DNA of 62,056 bases, filler included, from Sluysia triapertura (Eukaryota), in assembly GCA_046118255.1 (NCBI GenBank). It is 4 parts of 4 records of this genome, joined end to end, with 100 filler letters (N's around TTAATTAATTAA, not from the genome) between each part and the next. Parts side by side here need not be neighbours in the genome. Positions count along the whole stretch, not along the records: positions 18,539 to 33,786 come from JBJNIA010233674.1; positions 33,887 to 51,025 come from JBJNIA010192051.1; 2 more parts are not named here. One strand, 5' to 3'. The notes under the pieces are model-generated. The model saw nothing but the letters and a program-made list of their open reading frames with translations. It had not been told where the DNA came from and made no database searches. Positions 25,215-36,745 of this stretch are shown in pieces. Each line of letters begins with the position of its first letter. Within the stretch, counting starts at the first letter, position 1. The translations under genes were made by a program, and so were the position numbers.

Positions 25215-26360
25215 AAAATAATGAATGGAATATATGATTGCTATAGGAGAGTTTGAAGTGAGTTTGAAATGTTTGTACAATAGATTGTTTGATAATAAAA
25301 ATCTTAAATATTTTTCATTAGAAATTTGGGTGCGAAAAATCGAAGATCACTTGAATTCTAAAAAGTAAAATTAAATTCATTATTTTTGATTGATATTTTA
25401 ATGTGAGAAGTAATTTAAATAAAAATAGATTGCGTAGAGTAAAAGAAAATGATGATAAAAGAAAAAAGTGATAATAAATCAAAATTTCGTTTTTTGTACC
25501 TAATGAAGTTTGTTAGACCGTACCTTGTCGGTCTAATTCTCAAAGAGGTTTTAATTATTTGTGTGAAAGAGTATTTGGATGATGAGAAAGAATATAAAAT
25601 GAAAAACTTAAAAATTTTACAACGCAATCACAAAATCAAGAAGATCCATGATTTTGGTAAGACTTAAGTATTTTATTTTTATTATTTTAATTTTATTATT
25701 TTGATTATTGTTATTATTATTAGAGATAAATTTCTTTGGAATCCTTAAATTTTTATAATTTTCCCTTTTTATCTATTGATAAATTTGATTTTTGGAGGAT
25801 CCCTACCCAAATTTTTTTATAATTTTTCTATTACTAAGACTCAGTAAAATTATTTTGAAATATTCAAGCGATATTATTATTTTGACATTTAGATATTTAT
25901 ATATTTGATTTTTGGGAGAAGCCCTGCCCAAATTAATATTTAATCGTTATTAAGTTAGAATATAAATTATCCGAAAATATTTAAGTATTATTATTATTTT
26001 CAACTTTCTAGATATTGATTTTAGTTGCGCCAACTTTGATTTCTTTGTTATAGGTTAATGCGATTTTAATATTGTCATAAATATTATTGTTAATTTAGTC
26101 ATTTTATTTAATTCACTTGTATTACCGCATAAGCAGAAATTTATAATAACGACTTGTATTTGATTCTTGTAATTATTATATTATTGAGTTATTATTGTTA
26201 ATTTGAATTAAGAACGCAGTTTGTCGGTTGAATAAATATCATTAGTAATATTTAGTGAGTATTGAAATTATTGAGATTTTATTTAAGTAAATTAAACTTA
26301 TATTAATCAATTATTATTAATAACATTAAAGATGAATCATATTATTGATTAAACTAATAA
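25215..26360 (+). repeat. Dispersed repeat family C, copy 2 (~1.1 kb)
   Basis: Matches copy 1 and the inverted copy 3, e.g. ggagaagccctgcccaaatta and aacgacttgtatttgatt. Confidence 0.85.
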
Positions 26361-27162
26361 TTTGTAAAGTTTTCACCAAGAATTTTATATAGATCGTTAA
26401 AATCTCCTCAAAATTATCATGGCAATCCGCCTTTTATTTTATATCTTCTTATAATCTCATAAATATTGATAATTTTTAGCTTTGATAAAAACATTAAATT
26501 CAATTTACCTTGATGTAATATCTAACATATTCCTTAAAATGTATAGCGCATTTTCACGCCTCATTTCAAATAGAAATTCAACAAAGGATATTATAAAATT
26601 CATATTAAACTTATTATAAATTATAAATGGAGAGTTATAATCACATTTTGCATAATATTCACTAATTAATTTTGATTATATAAGAGAACAATTACTCGAC
26701 TACTTAATTAAGACTACAATTAAGATTACTTAATGGCCTTCATAGTTATTAACCATTTGCGGTCCTATTTTATTTATTGGTTTATGTTTAAATTTAAAAT
26801 TTATATTAAATTGAACTTTCTTAATAATAGTGAATTTAAAATTATGAAAATTATTAATAAAATTAAAGTTAAAATTACAAAATTTCTTAGTGTAAATAAA
26901 AATATTATGATTGACAAATTCTTTAACGATCGATAAAAATATTATTAGGTTATAAAGAACTTTATTAAAGATAAGATAAAAATAAATACGAGAACATTTA
27001 TTGAACACAGATTGAAATTGCACATCAATAAAAATTGTGAATTTTAAATTTTATAATGGTAAGCTTATTGTAGCCGTTATTGTCCATTCGCTATTTTGGA
27101 TACACGATTCTAAAAGCAAAGTAATAAAGTTTCTAATTTTATAAAACATTATAAAAAACAAA

Positions 27163-27616
27163 TTATATATAATATATAAAACTTGGACTAAGTTGTAAAC
27201 TGGATATAAGATTTAAGATTCGATTAGAATTGCTGTAGAAGGAATCCTCGTCGTTTACGTTTTGTCTTAATTCATATACATCGTGAGAATATTTGCAGTT
27301 GGAACCGTACTTTGAACATCTTCCATCTAACGATATACCATTCAGACAGATGCCACGTCTATAAAGGTCATTCTGAATGATCATCTTATGGGATTCTATT
27401 CTAATTGGTATATAGGAATTCGGATTGATCAAGGTTAGTTGCATTAACCGCCAAATCGGTTGTTAAATCATCTGTTGAAGTATGTGAGAATGTTGGATCA
27501 AAATTCATATCTGTCAAGTATATTAAAGGAATGTTACTTGACATTAAATATACAATGGAAGGATTGAAATTCAGTGCTGATTCGTATTGATTAACATTTG
27601 ATGAATTAACAGACAT
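27163..27616 (-). pseudogene. Unkempt-type CCCH zinc-finger gene, copy 1 (two overlapping frames: frameshift or unresolved intron)
   Basis: LYRRGIC-x9-C-x6-C-x3-H-DVYELR (finger at 27348-27283) has the same spacing as an Unkempt finger YYKTGICIHETDSKGNCTKNGLHCAFAHGPHDLR. Confidence 0.7.
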
Positions 27617-28254
27617 GATTTCATTCGAATTACATTTTGTATTAATTTGCTGTATATGGGAATACGAAAAGACATTACTAAAACGGACAAATTAAAATAT
27701 TGAAGTGTAGAATTCGATGAACTTGTAACTACAATAGTTATTGTTGAATTTATAGTTGAATCTATCTAACAGCATAATTTCATAGTATTATCATAAGTAT
27801 TTGAATGAGTCAAAGTACGTACATCATTGATATTTTGAGCTTGTTTCATTCGTTTTTATTACTTTCACTTGTTAGCATCAGCTCAATCAAATATGCATAA
27901 CTAAATTAATTTTTTTACTAACAAATTTATTTCAAAATATGCTTTTGTTCTCTTTATTACTAATTGTTTGATCTCAAATGAATTTTGTGGTAGCTCTTAT
28001 TTAAAATGAAATAATTCTTTATAATCATAATAAATTAACTTTTCATCTGTAACATTAATTTTTAATAATTTGAACATTGTTATGCTTAAATAAATTTTGT
28101 TGACTACTAAAATAATTTTTAAAATGTTAATTCACTTTTTGTTATGCATCGTAAAACTATGCCACTAATGCTAACATTAAATAAATTTTTAATCTCTATC
28201 TTTGTTTGTAACTTTTTTGTTTCTAGTTTTTATTCTTTTTATCTAATTTTATTT

Positions 28255-28474
28255 AAAAAATGATTGGATGGCTAATTGTAGTAAGTAGGATAGTAGCATT
28301 ATTGGTTGGCCAATGACGAATTGAATACCAATAAGCATTGAAAGATTTACCAATCATTTGCACAAATAACTTGTCTATATTGACAGGAAATGAATTAATA
28401 TAATACTGACGATAGTGATAATGATTATGACAGTAATAAAATAAAGTTGGTAATAATAATGAAATAAACTTTAA

Positions 28475-28511
<37 letters not shown>

Positions 28512-29122
28512 TAAAAATAATAGTAAAATAAAAATATACAATAAATAAAATTGCACAAATCCTTAAATACCTTCTCTGTTTTTTAATTCATTAAATATAA
28601 AATTAAAAACGAATGAAATTCTTTTAAAATAAAATCTTATTATAATTATTTCTTGAACGTAAATTCTTTCTGAATGTTCTTTTAATTCTTATTGTCATGG
28701 AAAAAGGATTTATGCAGCATACACTAAAAAATAACAATGTAGTTAAAAATGTTAAAAGACATTTTTATAAAAGGATGTCTAACGAAGATAATACGTAACT
28801 AAAATTGTTAAAAAAATTCCATTTTGATTGAAATGTTTAAAATGATTTTGAAATGTGAATTTAATGTTTTTCAATGATGTTAATGATTGAATGTTGAACA
28901 ATTTTGAGCTTGAAATGTTTTGAATACATTTTTGAAGTATAAATTCGATGATTTTAGATGTTGAGTAAAATTTTAATGCTAAACAATTATGAGTTTAAGC
29001 TGTTTTAAAATGTAAAAGGATTTTAATGAATCTGAAAAAGTGAAATGTGAAATATTAAGGAAAGTGATATTAATTATGTGTAAAAATGATTTAAATTTTG
29101 AGTAAAAAGGTTGGCCATCACA
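28255..29122. repeat. Dispersed repeat family B copy ending ...GGTTGGCCATCACA; contains an (AAT)n tract
   Basis: Inverted similarity to 41290-42200 (ttggttggccaat/tcggccaactaat; aatgttgaacaattttgagcttgaaatg/catttcaagttcacaattcttcaacatt). Confidence 0.7.
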
Positions 29123-30449
29123 AAAATTATAAACCTATTTTGATTAATTCAATACAATACTGTGATCAACATCTGTAATCAACAGAACATATAACAACTA
29201 CATATACCAATAATTTATAAAATTTGAAACGTATCTCTTATCCAACTGTTAAGATTTTGGCTTTGCACATGTTCACAGTATATGTTCATGGTCAGATTTA
29301 GATTTATTGACCAAAAAAGTAGCTAGATATTCAAAAGGATAAAATTCGAATTTATATAACATAAATTGTATAACAAGCGAAATTCTATAAAAAATGATTA
29401 ATTGAATTATTCGCAGACTCTGACTCTGTTGATGAAAGTTTAATATGAAATTTACAAAGACCAAGTAAGCATTCCTACCGTTTACTGTCATTTAAAAAAC
29501 TTTCTATCTCTATCGATTTCAAGATCGTGACCTTATATGCTTTATTATCTGAGTTATAAGTTAAATTTGCCTACAACGATCTCTTTTATATTTAAATAAT
29601 CATTGTAAAACACTTTTTAGAATCTTGCTTAAAGTTTTGACTCTGTATACGAATCTGTAAATCTCATTTAATTGTAAATTAAAGATAAGTTTTACGGTAT
29701 ATGATAAATCATGATAGAACTAATAAGATCACTTAATTATATATTACTTAACAATGTAGCAAATAAACATATTGATGCTTATTCTTTCAAGACGGAAACT
29801 GTAGGATAATGTTGGCACAACTTTTAACACACGAACTTCTAGCTCATGCATCTTTCGATATTAAAAATACTTCAGTAAAGGAACATCCATGCTTGAAACA
29901 ATCTGTAGATATTCGTAATACTTATTTATATTGACACATTTTGATCTGCTATAAAATAGCCAGTGTAATATTATTTTACTGGACAATTTTTCGAATCACT
30001 TACATTTTGCATAAATCGAAAAGAAACAATTTTAATACAAGAAGAATGAAGCGATAAAAAGACAAAACTATTAATAAAATGAGATTAATGTTTTAACTAA
30101 ATTTTATTAAATTTTAGATTGTAACTGTGTACATATTGATATAAATATATCGATTAATGATATCATTAAAAGCAATTATAATGTTTCACAAAAGTTAAAA
30201 TCTAATAGTATTAATAAACGAAAGAAGGCGAAATCGTCAAGTATCGATATAAGTCGCCAGAATGAGACTTCTTGTGCAAGGTGAAATTTATTCGGTTTAA
30301 TTATAAGCAGAGTGGTGATATTTATTATTTATCAACATTTTAAATATTTTCAAAAGTAATATTTTTTACAAGATTTTAAGGTAATCCGGATTTCTATTTA
30401 AGTTATTGATAACTTCTTGATGCATCCATGTAGTATTACAATCTGAGAT

Positions 30450-32050
30450 ATAACACAAGGGGAAACGATCCCAGATCCACAATATTAACAGATTTAAAGT
30501 GTCGAGGAAGTAATTGGAGGATACTCGGTACCTTTAATCATTTCGAATGCTTGAAATGATTCAAGACTCATTGATTCCGAATTGCATGTTATCTGTTTAA
30601 GATGTGACTCCTTTTAAATTTGGATAGGATATTAGGAAATTCGGTTGGGAAAATTTTATGTATCGAGTTACAAAATTCGAAAAACGCATAATCAGCAGAA
30701 TAGAGGGACATTGGGGGCACTTACCTTTTTGTGTTCAATGTTGCTTAATAAAGTGGGCCGCAGTGTTGCATATTATTCCCTTTGTGGAGTCAATACAATT
30801 CCCTCAATTCCCTTTGTGGTTGGTAGTACATAAAGATATCAGGGTTCCGTTTGTATTGTAGGGCCAGCCTGATTTAGATAGGGTATACGTTGATGAAATA
30901 ATTCTTCTTTGGGTGGGTATACCGGAACCGCAAAAGAGTCATAAGTTACGAGGGGAGGTTTCCAAAGAAACAACGATTCAATAAAAAATAAAAAAAGATA
31001 AAAAGAATTCAGTGGTTCTGAATGTTTAAGACCCAGTAGAAAGTGTGGCCAAGTTGCGCATTTTGGAAGGTGAAAATTGTTTCAAAATACTTGTTCATTA
31101 TTGAACATTGCAAAGTAGGCAACAGTAGAATCAAACACTACCGAGTTAGCGTCAGAGATGTGTGCATCAAAAAAATCATGACTGGATCCAAAGATAGTCA
31201 ATCGGATGGGTGGGTGAAATTCAGATTTTTGGTAGTTTAATAAACTGTATAATACATTAGTGAGAAACATGTTTTGAATGCACTACTGGTGCACTTTTAC
31301 CTTCAATTAATTCATAGGGATAGTGAATTGGTGATTCCAGATAAAGTGTCTACGGAGTTCACTAAAATCACAGCGGTTCTTATTCGTAAGGCCCTTCGTG
31401 TTACAGTGGATGAGGGAGATAAAGATGTGGAAGTCAAATTTATGTGATACGACCGCTGAGTTCGATTTAGAAGTGGAGCTGTTATAGAGGTCAGCTGACT
31501 CAGAAATCGAGTGGTTGTCTGTGAGAGCATCTTGTTCGTATAAGCAGGGCCTTTCGGGGGCGTTCCTTAAGGATAAGATCATTAATATGATACTCACCAA
31601 TCGTTGATGTGTCTTCTCGGACGCAAAGGTCTTCTAAGACTAATTTTAAGGATGATGTAAAACAGTAGAGACTTAGGATCCAATAGTAGTCATAGGAGGA
31701 ATGGGGTAGGAGAGGAGGCGTAGGGAGGTTTGACACGGAAATATCTATTGTGACAATAAGGTTGTTGGAGTAGAAATCATTAGTAATGTATTGCTTCAAT
31801 ATTAAGCACCAGTTTTATCCGCAGATTATTGTGTTTGAATGGTTTCTCTTTACCCTTATTACATTGGAATAGGACCTGTCGATTACTTCTGTCCAGGTCA
31901 ATTACTCCTGACCTTTTCGTGTGTCCATTGCATAACCCGAATTCCTAGACTTTGAAACGTTGGCAGAAGTTTCTTATTGTGGCACCACGAGGGTGTGTAG
32001 TTTCATAAATTTTGTAATTGGGGCAAAAGTTACCTCAACCAACATGATGA
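30450..32050 (-). mobile_element. Heavily decayed and internally deleted Ty3/gypsy pol (RT-RNaseH-integrase order)
   Basis: Locally higher GC; reverse-strand fragments in order: PY..KSAP (RT), SDANSVV..VAY (RNase H), KSGWP, KCP (integrase Zn finger), TDNMQFGINE (like SDNGxQFxSxE). Confidence 0.6.
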
Positions 32051-33479
32051 AGTAATATACGTTTGGTGCAGGTACCTAGAAGACCACTCGGAATGATCAT
32101 GAAGGAGGTTCCTCAACCAACAATCTGACAATATTCGGCACATAGCTATTGCCTATTTCATCACAAAATGACATAGTGCCTCCAATAACCTTACATAAAA
32201 GAGGAGTTCTTTCATTGAGTACCAAATAAAGCTGAGTTATCAGTCCCTTCTAACAATTATATTTTATTATAGTCAATTAAACTATCCTATCACTATTCTA
32301 AATGGCACTCCACCATATTCAAGAACCAAATGGTAAACAGAAAAACATGAAATAAAGCTTCTTCAGAAATCTTCATACTTCTCGTCGGAATTATTTTCAC
32401 TCAAAAGCAGTTATCTATTTCATCAAAAAACCAACTTCTCCACATATTTACTCAAGTATTTGTGGAATATGCTCTTACATGACAAAATGCCCAAGTAAAT
32501 TTGACCGTTATATCATTACACAATATAAGCATGTCATACCAATAATCAATCGCCCTTAATTGATTATGTATTTAGATCCAGTAATAATTCTGATGAAATT
32601 ATTACTTCAATACATGATGCAAAATATTTGAATGACCTTTTAAATAGAAATAATAATGACGGAGATGGCACTTTATTAAAAGAATTAAATAAATGAAAGA
32701 GTAATTAATGAATAATTGACACAACGAATATCAAGTACCACAAATAAAAGTTAAATATATAAATAAATGTTATAAGAAATGTTAAATCAATCATCAAATA
32801 ACAGACAATTAACAATTAGCAGGTATAATGTAACCTAATCTCTAATGTCCCCAAACATTAAATCAATGTAAAACAAAATAATAACAAACCGTTATCCTAC
32901 AATAATATAAATTGAATCTAAGTCGCATTGTAACACAACAGTTGTAAATGCAATCAAAAGCAAACACCAACACAAAGTAACACATTTTACTTAAATAAAA
33001 TATTGAACGAACTTTAACAAACAACATACATATAATATCATGTAGACTTTAGAATTTTTTATCTAAATTTAAGATTCGTGTTAATCATCAGTGCTCATAT
33101 TGTTATCATTCAAAATAATATCATGGTGTAACTGGTTATTACGCATCTTTTATAAGTTACACTTTGTATATACCATTTTATCTATATTTTATCGTTCTAT
33201 TATTATTCTAGCACCATATTACTTCTTATTTCTTTTGAAACTATACGATGGTTTATGACATATCTACCGTTTGATATTAGTTTTAGGAACCTTATACTGG
33301 AAACTTATTCAAGATCACTTTCTACTTTAACTTTATTATCGATACATATCTTTTGTTTTACTACATATTCATCAAGTAAAGCTATTATTATCATTATTAG
33401 CATTACTCTGTACCACTTCATAGAATTAGGAAATAAAAACTGAATTATGTATCGCCATTTAACAAAATGTGGCAATTAT

Positions 33480-33660
33480 TTATTTGTACAAGATATCCAA
33501 AAGGTTTATTGACATTGACCACTTGAAGGTCTTGCAATGGATGAAGTATCATGTCTTATCTTGACTGGCTAGCACAGTTTTAATGATGAAAATGATTATA
33601 TTTGTCGTCAATATTTACCAGTAGATCGTTACAGTCTTGTTGAAGTGTTGTGTCTGTTAC
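33480..33660 (-). mobile_element. Possible retroelement integrase Zn-binding-region remnant
   Basis: Out-of-frame pieces TRL..IYW..NCASQ..LQDLQVVNVNKPFGYL resemble RLxxxYYW..CxxCQ..LQxIxVxxPF. Confidence 0.35.
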
Positions 33661-33786
33661 TTTTATTTTAAATTGTCAAATTATAACCCAATAACTAAAC
33701 AAATTTGACATTTCAATATATTCTTGAAATTATCGCAGTCATATAACAAAAATTCTTTTATAATGTACCTCTAATGTACATATATA

Positions 33787-33886
33787 NNNNNNNNNNNNNN
33801 NNNNNNNNNNNNNNNNNNNNNNNNNNNNNNTTAATTAATTAANNNNNNNNNNNNNNNNNNNNNNNNNNNNNNNNNNNNNNNNNNNN
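33787..33886. other. Artificial contig linker (44 N + TTAATTAATTAA + 44 N)
   Basis: Same 100-bp spacer. Confidence 0.95.
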
Positions 33887-34077
33887 CACAATACTTTTGA
33901 AGATTTGTAACGTCTAATTAAGTCATAATAGTCAATTATTGTTTTTGTAATTGCTGATTGGAAAATGTTATCCAAATTATTCCTGATGCTGTGTAAAGTA
34001 TATACTTTTTTTGACATAAAACATAAAAATGAATTTTCAATAATTGTATAGTCTAGATACATTTTCACTAAAAATGT

Positions 34078-35540
34078 TGTTATTACTCATCCAATCAGGC
34101 CTTTAATAATGATAAATGAGAATAATAAGTCCTGATTGGAGGATGTGTGTTATTACTATTATTGTAGCAACCCAATTGACCATCATCAATGTTGGCACTT
34201 AAATAAGAATTGTGATACATAGTGTCAACACGGGTGATGGTAGTAACCAGTTTATTGACGTGACTTGAAATTAAAAATTAATAATTTGAATAAAATAATT
34301 TAATAATTGGTAATAATAATAACAACAATAACAATATTGTTATTATTATTATCAAGAATTAAAAGAAAATCGCATAAATTTCTCTTAAAATTACACTTTA
34401 CTTTTCTTTTAATCTTGATTTCTTCTGATATATAAAGATAAGAAAATGAAATAAAATTCGTCGACACTGTACGAAAGAGCAATGATAACAGGGTACATTA
34501 TGCCCGAGTTATCTTTGCTGCTTCGTTATAAAATTGAATTCTTTAAAACTGCATTAGATTTTGCTTAAATTCTTAAAAAGTTTTATCATGTTGAGGTAAA
34601 TTAAAATGTATTCGAAACTAAATATCTGAGTAAGAATTGTTTTGAAAGGATTGTTTAATATAATTAATCTTTGAAGGTATTATACTTAATCTGAATAGCA
34701 AAATGAAATAGAGAATGTTTGAATAAGGTATTAAATATTAATTGAAGTTTATAATTGAAAACGATGTTTAAGTATTGAAATATCGTGAAAAAAAAAGTTT
34801 ATTGAAAAGGTTGTAATTTATTGAATTTAAAAGGGGAATTACAATATAACTCTTGTATATTTAAGATGTTATTATGCTATGTTTTATGTGATTATTTTGT
34901 TTGGTGTTTTTAGTGTTGATGTTCTGTGTTAATGATGATTATGCATTGATGAATAGTGTATTTGAAATGTTGTACTTGATTCGAAGATGTGAAGTAGGTG
35001 CTTTCTATGTTTCAAGTATATTTGTTGATGTTGTGGAATAGTATTAAATGTATTTGTGGTTTATATGTTGTAAGTTTATGATTGTGGTTCGATTTAAGAG
35101 AATAAACTATTAAATGAATGTTATCGAATGTTAGATATTAATTGCCAAAATGTAGTGTAAGATGAAGGGTTTGGGAGTGTTAGATGTATTATTTCAAATG
35201 AGTTTATTGTTGGGTTTATGTGAATGTCGAGTTATGATTTTTGTGAATTAGTTAATGTAAATTGATAATGTTGAATATGATTGTGATTTGGTTTGAGCAA
35301 ATAAACTATTGAATAAGTGTTATTAATTATTAGGTATTAATTGTTAAAGTGTAATATAACATAAGGAGTTCGAAGTATTAAATGGATTATTTTGAATGAG
35401 TTTGTTGTTGAACTTTTATGAATGTCGTATAATGTTTTTTGAGAATTAGTTAATGTAATTTGGTAATGTTAAATATAAATGTGGTTTAGATGTTGTGGAA
35501 TTTTAATAAATTTTAGAGGTTATGAGTCTTGGCCACCACA
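34078..35540 (+). mobile_element. Repeat family A, copy 1: ~1.46-kb TG...CA element (solo-LTR-like) with three hairpins and an internal ~199-bp tandem duplication (35080-35278 / 35279-35478)
   Basis: Colinear with 61083-62056; starts TGTT and ends GGCCACCACA; no clear target-site duplication. Confidence 0.7.
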
Positions 35541-36745
35541 CTGAACTTACTGCCAGGATGAATTTGTGAAGTATCATCGCATCCACTTGGGTTGACATTG
35601 TGGTAAACAGAGCCTAACATTGAGAATTGAACAAGGTTCTGAATTAAAATTGTACAGGCTTTTAAGAATCCACGTCAATATTTTATAATTTACAAAATAA
35701 ATTTAAACAAATACAAAATCGGTGTTTAAAAGAATTCGGTCCTTAAAATGACTTCAAAATTTCTAAAATTGATTTTAAGCATTATTTAAAATATGCTCAA
35801 ATTTAATTAATATTAAACGAATGGTAAATGATAAATTTTACAATTGTTTTTTAAAAGTAATATCATCTTATTGATGATGAATTTGAATTTACCTGTAACT
35901 GCAATAGATTCCTTTTTAGGTAGAAGTTTATTTACCTTGGTTTTGGTGTAGTTTTCAACGTTTATCTGATAAAATTCGTGACTTAAGTTTTGTTGAGAGC
36001 ATTATTGTTAAAGCAAAAATTGATCTAATATAATTACATTTACAGAATTATATTATTATATTTTCAAATTGTATGGTTAATCTCGAACTAGCAATTTAGT
36101 TGTGAAAACTGCTCTAGATTATAAGTTTATTGATATGACATGAACTTTGAGCAGATACTATATGTATAATTAATTTAAGACAGTTTGATTGTTGTAATTA
36201 TCGACTTGATGCAAATCTGTCTAGTAATTGTTTACAATAAGATTGAGTGGAAATGAAATGAATTATTGTACAAGCTAACCTCAAATGATTACTCTCTTTT
36301 AGTGATAAATACGATTATCACTTATTATTTTTCAGTAACCTTATAAATTGCCTTTATTCTGATAAAATATCAAGACATTTGTGCTTCTAAATTGAATGTT
36401 TATTATTCTATAAAATTAATTAATTTATTATTCGTTAACTAGATTCCACATAATTTTACAAATTTATAATTTGACAAAGATAAAGTAAAATTTATTGATC
36501 AGGACACTTTTCTGAATTTTATTTTAAAATATCATTTCATTTTCAAAGGTATTAAAATATGTTCTTATTCGTCGGTGATGCTATATGATGAGACTTTAAA
36601 TTACATTTATTTAAATATTGCAAAAAATTATTCCTAAACGATAAATATTTTTTAACATTATTGATGTAACTAATATTACCGTAAATATACAAAGTTTAAT
36701 ACTAAAATAATACAATAAAAGATGTATTAAATCTGTTGGAATATT

